Shown here: positions 57,001 through 64,000 of the stretch, in pieces | Layout: the number at the start of each line of letters is the position of its first letter | Position numbering within the stretch: position 1 is the stretch's first letter | Translations under genes and position numbers: made by a program | Notes under the pieces: generated by a model | What the model was told of the DNA's origin: nothing | Database searches by the model: none | Seen by the model: only the letters and a program-made list of their open reading frames with translations | DNA from: Spirochaetia bacterium | Lineage (GTDB): Bacteria; Spirochaetota; Spirochaetia; SZUA-6; Bin103 | Assembly (NCBI GenBank): GCA_965203055.1 | Contig: OZ241863.1 | Coordinates: forward strand, 3,392,001 to 3,456,000 | Length of the DNA stretch: 64,000 nt | Direction of reading: 5' to 3'

Positions 57001-58738
57001 CGCGCAGGAGCTGCAGATCAAGATGGCGCAGGGCGCCAAGCCGGGCGAAGGCGGCCAGCTCCCCGGCCAGAAGGTGTATCCCTGGATCGCCGAAGTGCGC
57101 CACTCCACCCCCGGCGTGGGCCTGATCTCGCCGCCCCCGCACCACGACATCTACTCCATCGAGGACCTCGCCGAACTGATCCACGACCTGAAGAACGCCA
57201 ACCGCGGCGCCCGCATCAACGTCAAGCTGGTGTCCGAGGTGGGCGTCGGCACCGTGGCCGCGGGCGTCGCCAAGGCGCACGCCGACGTGGTGCTGGTCAG
57301 CGGCAGCGAAGGCGGCACCGGGGCGTCGCCGGTGTCGAGCATCAAGCACGCCGGTCTGCCCTGCGAGCTGGGCATCGCCGAGACCCACCAGACCTTGCTG
57401 CTGAACGACCTGCGCAGCCGCATCGTGGTCGAGGCGGACGGGCAGTTGAAGACCGGCCGCGACGTGGTGATCGCCGCGCTGCTCGGCGCCGAAGAGTTCG
57501 GGTTCGCCACCGCGCCGATCATCGTCATGGGCTGCATCATGATGCGCGTGTGCCACCTCAACACCTGTCCGGTGGGGGTCGCCACGCAGGACCCGGAGCT
57601 GCGCGAGAAGTTCACCGGCGATCCCGCCCACGTGGTGAACTTCATGCGCTTCGTGGCCGAGGAAGTGCGCGAGTTGATGGCGGCGCTCGGCTTCCGCACC
57701 TTCAACGAGATGGTCGGGCGCACCGACCGCCTGCAGCCGCGCCGCGCCATCGACCATTGGAAGGCGCGCGGCATCGACCTGAGCCCGCTGCTGCACCGCC
57801 CGCCGGTGGCCGCCGGCGTCGGCACCTACTGTCAGGTGGCGCAGGACCACGGCCTGGATCGAGCGCTGGACAACAGCCTGCTCGACCTGGCGCTGCCGCA
57901 ACTGGAGCGCGGCCTGAACGTCCGGGAGACCTTGCGCATCAAGAACTCCAATCGGGTGGTGGGTACCATGCTCGGCAGCGAGATCACGCGCCGCTACGGC
58001 GCGGAGGGTCTGGCGGAAGATCGGGTGCAGCTCACCTTTGCCGGCTCCGCCGGGCAGAGCTTCGGCGCGTTCATCCCCGCCGGGCTGACGCTGGTGCTGA
58101 TTGGCGACTCCAACGACTACATCGGCAAGGGACTGTCAGGCGGCAAGATCATCGTCAAGCCGCCGGCCGGCAGCACGTTCGCGCCCGAAGACAACGTCAT
58201 CATCGGCAACGTCGCCTTCTACGGCGCAACCGGCGGTTCCGCCTACGTCAACGGCGCCGCCGGTGAGCGGTTCTGCGTGCGCAACAGCGGCGCCAGCGCG
58301 GTGGTGGAGGGCGTCGGCGATCATGGCTGCGAGTACATGACCGGCGGGCGCGTGGTGGTGCTCGGCCGCACCGGGCGCAACTTCGCCGCCGGCATGAGCG
58401 GCGGCCTGGCCTACGTATTCGATCAGGAGGGCGACTTCCGCAGCCACTGCAACACCGACATGGCGGACCTGGCCGCGCTTGAGGACGAAGCCGAGATCGC
58501 CGAGGTGCGGCAGATGATCGAACGCCACCTGGTGTACACCGGCAGTCCGCGCGCCAACCAAGTGCTCGGCCACTGGGAGGAGATGGTGCCCCGCTTCGTC
58601 AAGGTCTACCCGCGCGACTACCGGCGCATGCAGGAAGCGCTGGCGCGGGCGCGCAGCGAAGGGCTCTCCGGCGACGATGCGGTGATGGCGGCGTTCGAAG
58701 AGAACGCGCACGACCTGGCGCGGGTCTCCGGCAACTAA
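54053..58738 (+). CDS. gltB: Glutamate synthase large subunit
   Basis: [63 protein letters not shown]-terminus. Confidence 0.97.
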   Translation: MSFSTVPPQQGLYHPAYEHESCGIGFVVDMYGRKSRKLIDDALDVLAHLNHRGARGAEPDTGDGAGALLQIPHAALRLLARESGVELPEAGAYGVGMCFLPADAAQRRLVTSLAAEVIAEYGQALLGWRDVPTEPASLGPAARAVRPHVSQLYVGRGRGMDDDQTFERRLYVIRKVLENRVRETLPADAQCYVASMSHRTVVYKGMLTTHQLRRFYPELNHPAMESAIALVHSRFSTNTFPSWDRAHPYRYLMHNGEINTLRGNENWMRARQPSLRSELFGDDLAATLPVIDPSGSDSAKLDNTLELMVLGGRSLAHAFMLLIPEPWTNHESMSAEKKAFYEYHSSLMEPWDGPASVAFTDGIQVGAVLDRNGLRPSRYCVTRSGLVVLASEVGVLDLPPEEIVRKDRLRPGRMLLVDTGQGRIIDDAELKSAIAGEHDYALWLRDNQVDLEQLPAGAAPPRLDAGARERQQRAFGYTFEDLRMILEPMTRNAIEPVGSMGNDAPPAALSDAPKLLYHYFRQLFAQVTNPPIDAIREELVTSAVITLGAEGNLLQARPESCRQVRLQSPVLSAEELERLRALDGYAGTHRAVTLAALFAPAGRGRALRAALDDLCARADAAIAAGATILILSDRGVDAERAPIPALLATAAVHHHLIRSGTRSRVGLVVESGEPREVHHLATLIGYGAGAVCPYLAYEVIDAAIAEGLFDEPADAAAEGGAPAPLAPAGSNGMNDHGAARGRAAAARYNYRKALLKGIVKVLSKMGISTIQAYRGAQIFESMGLSREVVERHFTGTAARLSGIGLEEIAGEAAARHLRGYAPRAAVNGALDAGGEYQWRGDGEYHLNNPQTIHKLQQACRAGDYRTFKEYSALVDSQQEKLATLRGLLELTPAAEPVPLEEVEPADTIVKRFKTGAMSYGSISKEAHETLAIAMNRIGGKSNTGEGGEDPARYVRDANGDSRNSAIKQVASARFGVTSQYLVNAQELQIKMAQGAKPGEGGQLPGQKVYPWIAEVRHSTPGVGLISPPPHHDIYSIEDLAELIHDLKNANRGARINVKLVSEVGVGTVAAGVAKAHADVVLVSGSEGGTGASPVSSIKHAGLPCELGIAETHQTLLLNDLRSRIVVEADGQLKTGRDVVIAALLGAEEFGFATAPIIVMGCIMMRVCHLNTCPVGVATQDPELREKFTGDPAHVVNFMRFVAEEVRELMAALGFRTFNEMVGRTDRLQPRRAIDHWKARGIDLSPLLHRPPVAAGVGTYCQVAQDHGLDRALDNSLLDLALPQLERGLNVRETLRIKNSNRVVGTMLGSEITRRYGAEGLAEDRVQLTFAGSAGQSFGAFIPAGLTLVLIGDSNDYIGKGLSGGKIIVKPPAGSTFAPEDNVIIGNVAFYGATGGSAYVNGAAGERFCVRNSGASAVVEGVGDHGCEYMTGGRVVVLGRTGRNFAAGMSGGLAYVFDQEGDFRSHCNTDMADLAALEDEAEIAEVRQMIERHLVYTGSPRANQVLGHWEEMVPRFVKVYPRDYRRMQEALARARSEGLSGDDAVMAAFEENAHDLARVSGN

Positions 58739-58757
58739 AGCAACCACACGAACAGAC

Positions 58758-60218
58758 ATGGGCAAACCGACCGGATTCAAGGAAATAGCACGCCGTTTGC
58801 CGGCCGACCGGGCGCCGGAGCAGCGCATCGGCGACTGGCAGGACTTTCACGGCCATGCCCCCGAAGAACAGCTCCGGGCGCAGGCGTCGCGCTGCATGGA
58901 CTGTGGCACGCCGTTCTGCCATACCGGCGGCGGGCGCTCCGACACCCGCCAGACCGTGGGCTGCCCGCTCAACAACCTGATTCCCGAGTGGAACGACCTG
59001 GTCTACCGCGGCCGCTGGCAGGACGCGCTGGACCGGCTGCACAAGACCAACAACTTTCCCGAGTTCACCGGCAAGGTGTGTCCGGCGCCGTGCGAATCGG
59101 CGTGCGTGCTGGCGATCATCGAGCCGGCGGTCACCATCAAGAACACCGAGTGGGCGATCATCGAGCGCGGCTTCGAGGAGGGCTGGGTGCGGGCCGCGCC
59201 GCCCGCGGCGCGCACCGGCAAGCGGGTGGCGGTGGTCGGTTCCGGGCCCGCCGGCCTGGCGTGCGCGGAACAGCTCAACGCGGCCGGGCACCTGGTGACG
59301 GTGTACGAACGCGCCGACCGCATCGGCGGCCTGCTGATGTACGGCATCCCCAACATGAAGCTGGAAAAGCAGTTGGTCGACCGGCGCGTGCGCCTGCTGC
59401 GCGGCGCCGGCGTGGAGTTCCGCACCGGGGTCGAGGTCGGGCGCGATCTGCCGGGCCCGGAGCTGCGCGCCCGGCACGACGCGGTGGTGCTGTGCTGCGG
59501 CGCCACCAAGCCGCGCGAGCTGCCGATCCCGGGCCGGGAGCTGAACGGCATCCACCAGGCGATGGAGTACCTCACCGCAAATACCCGCTGGCTGCTGGAC
59601 GCGGCCGGCGGCCGCCCCGCAATCGACGCCGCCGGCAAGGACGTGTTGGTGATCGGCGGCGGCGACACCGGTACCGACTGCGTCGGCACCGCCATGCGGC
59701 AGGGGTGCCGCTCGCTGACCCAGATCGAAATCGTGCCGCAGTTCCCGGAAGCGCTGCCGTGGCCGCAGTTCGGCCGCACCTCGCTGCCCGACTACGGCCA
59801 GGAAGAGGCGGCGGCCGCGTTCGGGCGGGATCCGCGCCTCTACGGCGTCACCGCCCGCCACTTCACGGGCGGCCGCGGCGGCGCGGTGAACGAAGCGCAC
59901 CTGGTGGACGTGGAGTGGAACAGCGGCGGTCCCAAACCGGTGGCCGGCAGCGAGCGCGCCGTGCCGGCCGGGCTGGTGCTGCTGTCGATGGGGTTCCTCG
60001 GCCCCGAGGACCGGGTGCTCGACCAGCTCCGCCTGGAGCGCGACGCGCGCTCCAACGCGGCCGCGGTCTACGGCAAGTTCACCACCAACGTGGAGGGGGT
60101 GTTCGCCGCCGGCGACGTGCGCCGCGGCGCCAGCCTGGTGGTATGGGCGATCATGGAGGGCCGCGGCGCCGCCCGCGAGTGCGACCGCTACCTGATGGGC
60201 TCAACCCTGCTTCCCTGA
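58758..60218 (+). CDS. gltD: Glutamate synthase small subunit
   Basis: [48 protein letters not shown]. Confidence 0.96.
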   Translation: MGKPTGFKEIARRLPADRAPEQRIGDWQDFHGHAPEEQLRAQASRCMDCGTPFCHTGGGRSDTRQTVGCPLNNLIPEWNDLVYRGRWQDALDRLHKTNNFPEFTGKVCPAPCESACVLAIIEPAVTIKNTEWAIIERGFEEGWVRAAPPAARTGKRVAVVGSGPAGLACAEQLNAAGHLVTVYERADRIGGLLMYGIPNMKLEKQLVDRRVRLLRGAGVEFRTGVEVGRDLPGPELRARHDAVVLCCGATKPRELPIPGRELNGIHQAMEYLTANTRWLLDAAGGRPAIDAAGKDVLVIGGGDTGTDCVGTAMRQGCRSLTQIEIVPQFPEALPWPQFGRTSLPDYGQEEAAAAFGRDPRLYGVTARHFTGGRGGAVNEAHLVDVEWNSGGPKPVAGSERAVPAGLVLLSMGFLGPEDRVLDQLRLERDARSNAAAVYGKFTTNVEGVFAAGDVRRGASLVVWAIMEGRGAARECDRYLMGSTLLP

Positions 60219-62087
60219 TTCGGCAACCCCGCCGCGGCGCGCGGCGGGCGGGCGCAACTCCCGGCCGTCTCGAGCCGGCTCCCGCAACGGCAGGTGCAGC
60301 GTAATGGCCGCGCCGGGGCCGTCGAGGTTGTTGGCGGCGGTAATGTCGCCGCCGTTGGCCAGCACCACCGCGCGCGCAATGGCCAGCCCCAACCCGCTGC
60401 CGCGCGCGGCTCCCGCCTGCTTGCCGCGATAGAAGCGGTTGAAGACGTGCGGCAGATCGTCCGCGGCGATGCCCGGCCCCCGGTCGCGCACCCGGATCGT
60501 GGCCCGGCCCCGCTCCTCGGCGGCGCTGATCCGCACCTCGCCGCCGGCGCCGCCGTAGCGAACCGCGTTCTGCAGCACGTTGTCCAAGGCGATTTCGAGA
60601 TCGGCCGATTCGAGCTCGCGCTCGCCGGCGGGCGCGGTCACCTCGACCGCCACGCGTACCCCGGCCGCGGCGGCGGCGCGCGCCGCCCGCCGCTCCGCGC
60701 CCCGCACCAGGTCGCCAAGCGTCACCCGCAGCGACTGCCTGGAGGTAGCGCCCGACTCCAGCCGCGACAGGTTGAGCAGGTTCTCCACGATCCACTCCAT
60801 GCGCTGGATCTGACGGTGGCATTCGCCCAGGAACTCGATGCGCTTCTGCGCGTCGATGCCGCGGCGGCCGCCGGTCCGGAACCCCGCAGCCAGGGCGGCC
60901 GCGGCCGCCACCGGCCGGCGCCACGGCGGGACCTTGACCGCCACGCCGCCCGCGGGCGGCGGTTCCGGCGCGGCGCCGTTTGCCGGCGGCGCCGCGCCGC
61001 CCGCGGCCGCGGCCTCGAGCTCGGCGCCGGCGAGCAACAGCTCGTTGAACGTCTTGAGGGCGGTGACCGGGGTGCGCAACTCGTGCGATGCATCCGCCAC
61101 GAAGCGCCGCAGCACGTCGCGCTCCTGCCGCAGGTCGCGCACCGTCAGCTCCAGCTTGCCCGCCATGGCGTTGAACTGCCGGCCCAATTCCCCGATCTCG
61201 CCGCTGCCGATGAAGGGCGCGCGCGCGGCCAGGTCACCCGACCCCATGCGCACCGCGGAGGAGGTGAGGCCGGCGATGGGAGCGGTCAGCCGGCGCCCGA
61301 ACACCAACCCCAGGAGCGCCGCCAGAACGGTAGCCGCAAGCGCCGCGATGATGAACGGTCCGATGACGGTATCGAGGGCCTCGCCGGTCAGATCGGGACT
61401 GCGCGCGATTTCCACGTAGCCCACGGGATTGGCGGGATCGCCGATCGGTTCGGTATGAGTGTCGCGCATGGGGTCGTCGGCCGCCGCCGCGGCGTCCGGC
61501 GCGGCCGCGGTCAACAACGGCCCCTCGTAGTCCTGAAACTCGATGAAGCTGCCCCACAGCCCGCTGCGGCGGCGCACCACCATTGCCTGGGTATCCCCGC
61601 CGATGCGCTGCAGCGCCGGCAACGAACGGCGCAGCGCGGCGTTCTGGGTCGGGTCGGAAGAGACCGGGATCCACACCCGGTGCCGCACCACGGTGTCGCC
61701 TGCGCTGATGGTCGCCACCATCCGCAGCCATACGTGATCGGAGTCGTCCTGCGGCCCGGAGTCCACCAGCACCCGCCGCTCCCGGTCCAGAATCCGGATC
61801 CGGGAATCAGTGATGAACGCCGCGGTCCGCACCAGATCGCCGAGCGAGAGCGGGCGCGCCACCGGAACCATCAGCGACCGCGCCCGCAGGGCAACGGTGG
61901 CAGCGTTGGACTGCAGGTAGGCGCGTTCGCGCCGCTCCACGAAGTGCTTGAGCAGGGCCCCCGAAAATCCGCCGACGATGCCGATCGCGACCAGGGCGAT
62001 CAGGATGAAGCTCAACACCAGACGCCCGCGGATCGACGACCACGACCGGGCCCATACTCTGGCCAGCGTTTCACTCCCCATGGTCAC
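60201..62087 (-). CDS. Membrane sensor histidine kinase (HAMP-HisKA-HATPase)
   Basis: Two transmembrane segments, [29 protein letters not shown]. Confidence 0.92.
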   Translation of the reverse strand: MTMGSETLARVWARSWSSIRGRLVLSFILIALVAIGIVGGFSGALLKHFVERRERAYLQSNAATVALRARSLMVPVARPLSLGDLVRTAAFITDSRIRILDRERRVLVDSGPQDDSDHVWLRMVATISAGDTVVRHRVWIPVSSDPTQNAALRRSLPALQRIGGDTQAMVVRRRSGLWGSFIEFQDYEGPLLTAAAPDAAAAADDPMRDTHTEPIGDPANPVGYVEIARSPDLTGEALDTVIGPFIIAALAATVLAALLGLVFGRRLTAPIAGLTSSAVRMGSGDLAARAPFIGSGEIGELGRQFNAMAGKLELTVRDLRQERDVLRRFVADASHELRTPVTALKTFNELLLAGAELEAAAAGGAAPPANGAAPEPPPAGGVAVKVPPWRRPVAAAAALAAGFRTGGRRGIDAQKRIEFLGECHRQIQRMEWIVENLLNLSRLESGATSRQSLRVTLGDLVRGAERRAARAAAAAGVRVAVEVTAPAGERELESADLEIALDNVLQNAVRYGGAGGEVRISAAEERGRATIRVRDRGPGIAADDLPHVFNRFYRGKQAGAARGSGLGLAIARAVVLANGGDITAANNLDGPGAAITLHLPLREPARDGRELRPPAARRGGVAESGKQG

Positions 62088-62137
62088 TCACAAGATACCG
62101 GCGCGCCGTCCGGGCGGCCAGATACCCCGGCGCCCCT

Positions 62138-62845
62138 TCAGGTCATCGGGGTTTGGGCGAACTTGTAGCCGTGGCCGCGCACCGTCACGAGCCGCCGCGG
62201 ATGGGTAGGATCATGTTCCAGCTTCTCCCGCAGGTGGCGCATGTGGACGTCCACCGTGCGGTCGTAGCCCACCTCGGCGTGGTAGCCCCACACCGCTTCG
62301 AGAATCTGATCGCGGGTTACCGGCCGGTCGGGATTGGAGGTCAGATAGCGCAGCAGGCGAAACTCGGTGGGGGTGAGATACACCATCCGGTCGGCGCGGT
62401 ACACCTGCAGCAGCTCCAGATCGATGGTCACGTCGTCGAACGTGAACTTCTCGTCGCTGCTGCGGGACAGCTCACCATAGGCGCGGCGCAGCAGCGCGCG
62501 GACGCGCGACAGCAACTCCGGCAACCCATACGGCTTGACTACGTAGTCGTCGGCCCCAACCTCGAAGCCGAGCACCTTGTCCACCTGGTCGTCGCGCGCC
62601 GTGAGCATCAGGATCGGTTGCCGAAACCCCTCCCGGCGCAGCTTCCGGCACACGGCGAAGCCGCTGGTGTCGGGCAGGCGGATATCGAGGACGATCAGGT
62701 GCGGCGACTCGCCCGCCACCAGCCGGTGGCCCGCCGCCCCGTCCTCCGCCCACTTGACGGCGTATCCCTCCTGCTCCAGCGCGAAGCCCAACCCCTTCGC
62801 CACCGCCGGGTCGTCCTCGATCAGGACGATCGTTTCTTCACTCAT
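62138..62845 (-). CDS. OmpR/PhoB-family response regulator
   Basis: IEDD, LDIRLPD, MLTA, GADDYVVKP, RTVDVH, TVRGHGY. Confidence 0.95.
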   Translation of the reverse strand: MSEETIVLIEDDPAVAKGLGFALEQEGYAVKWAEDGAAGHRLVAGESPHLIVLDIRLPDTSGFAVCRKLRREGFRQPILMLTARDDQVDKVLGFEVGADDYVVKPYGLPELLSRVRALLRRAYGELSRSSDEKFTFDDVTIDLELLQVYRADRMVYLTPTEFRLLRYLTSNPDRPVTRDQILEAVWGYHAEVGYDRTVDVHMRHLREKLEHDPTHPRRLVTVRGHGYKFAQTPMT

Positions 62846-64000
62846 CGCCCGGCCAGCGCGTCGCGCACGGTAGCGGCGAGCTGCGGCGGCACCACGGCGC
62901 TCACGCGGAAGCCATCGGCCGCGGCTACCTGGCGCTCGATGCGGCCGGCGGCGCGCAACAACCCGATCAGTCGCGACTCGGCGTAAGGCACCTCGAACTC
63001 GACGCGCACGTGCCCCGCCGAAAGGCGCTGCCGCAGCGCGCGCCGCAAGTCGTCGACGCCTTCTCCGGTCGCCGCGCTGACCGGGACGGCGTCGTCCAGC
63101 CCCAACCGCAGCGGCGAGTCGCGCGCTACCAGGTCGACCTTGTTGAGCACGGTGAGCCGGGGAACCTCCGCGGCGCCGATCTCCTGCAGCGTCTCCGCCA
63201 CCGCCTGCTGCTGGAGCCGCTGCGCGGGGTCGCCGGCGTCAACCACCACCAGCAACAGATCCGCCCCGGCGACCTCCTCCAACGTGGCCCGGAACGCGGC
63301 CACGAGCTGATGCGGCAACTTGTGGATGAAGCCGACGGTATCGGTGAGCAGGGCGCGGCGGCCGGCGCGCAGGTCCACCTGGCGGGTGGTGGGATCGAGC
63401 GTGGCGAAGAGTCGATCCGCGGCATACACGCCGGCGCCGGTAAGCCGATTCATCAGCGTGCTCTTGCCGGCGTTGGTATAGCCGACCAGCGCGAGCACCG
63501 GGCTGCCGGACCGACTCCGGCGCAGGCGCCCGCGGCGGCGCTGCTGAGACAGGCCTCGCAGGCGCGTGCGCAGCACCCCCAGCCGCTGGCGGATGCGGCG
63601 CCGATCGACCTCGATCTGGGTCTCGCCGGGGCCGCGCAGCCCGACCCCCAGGCCGGCGCGGCCCCCGGCCTGCCGCGCCAGGTGGGTCCACAACCGGGTG
63701 AGCCGCGGCAGGCGGTACTCCAGTTGCGCCAGCTCCACCTGGAGCTGGCCCTCGCGGCTGCGCGCGTGGCGGGCGAAGAGGTCGAGGATCAACGCCGTGC
63801 GGTCGATCGCCAGCAGCTCGTCGCCGAGGGTGCGTTCCACGTTGCGCAGTTGCGCCGGGGTCAATTCGTCGTCGAACAGCACCACGCCGGCCCCGGCGGC
63901 GCGCGCGGCGACCGCCGCCTCGGCCAGCTTGCCGGCGCCCAGATAGGTTTGCGGATCGGGCTGCCGCCGCCGCTGCCAGGTGCGGCCCGCCACCCGCAGT
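62842..64000 (-). CDS. hflX: GTPase HflX (5' end at or beyond the window edge)
   Basis: YLGAGK, DRTALILDLF, GPGETQIE, GYTNAGKS, LFATLD, DTVGF, NKVD. Confidence 0.95.
   Translation of the reverse strand, partial: LRVAGRTWQRRRQPDPQTYLGAGKLAEAAVAARAAGAGVVLFDDELTPAQLRNVERTLGDELLAIDRTALILDLFARHARSREGQLQVELAQLEYRLPRLTRLWTHLARQAGGRAGLGVGLRGPGETQIEVDRRRIRQRLGVLRTRLRGLSQQRRRGRLRRSRSGSPVLALVGYTNAGKSTLMNRLTGAGVYAADRLFATLDPTTRQVDLRAGRRALLTDTVGFIHKLPHQLVAAFRATLEEVAGADLLLVVVDAGDPAQRLQQQAVAETLQEIGAAEVPRLTVLNKVDLVARDSPLRLGLDDAVPVSAATGEGVDDLRRALRQRLSAGHVRVEFEVPYAESRLIGLLRAAGRIERQVAAADGFRVSAVVPPQLAATVRDALAGR

Noticed and set aside
53690..57901. 1403-aa minus-strand ORF
   Set aside because: Antisense shadow of the highly conserved gltB.

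Overview
A very GC-rich bacterial chromosomal window. The hmgr-mvaD-pmk-mvk gene order matches the Borrelia mevalonate operon, which hints at a spirochaete, but this is inference only. Two defence regions sit among housekeeping genes. (1) Positions 1-9180 are the tail of a defence island: a 5'-truncated DndH/DptH-like PD-(D/E)XK nuclease-HerA ATPase, an AbiEii-type toxin-antitoxin pair, a PhyH dioxygenase, an HTH-ImmA/IrrE peptidase, and a complete ISAs1 element with visible terminal inverted repeats and a 9-bp target duplication. (2) Positions 14829-37736 hold a complete BREX type 1-like locus (brxA, brxB, brxC, pglX, pglZ, brxL) expanded by cargo on both sides of pglX. The cargo comprises an ATPase-DUF234 nuclease, two Schlafen/AlbA_2-HATPase-family genes (one lacking its N-terminal domain), an ABC ATPase + DUF4276 pair, a frameshifted Uma2 gene, and a low-GC SIR2-HerA-KTSC cassette. 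A miaB-mevalonate operon lies between the two regions. The right half carries pdxA, a glycosyltransferase, a Zn dehydrogenase, alaA, mtaB, a three-lipoprotein operon (including a ~900-aa protein with an unrecognised repeat domain), DUF1015, a SMUG1-type uracil-DNA glycosylase, gltBD, a two-component system and a truncated hflX. No rRNA, tRNA or CRISPR array was seen. All family calls come from motif recognition by eye; no database searches were run.
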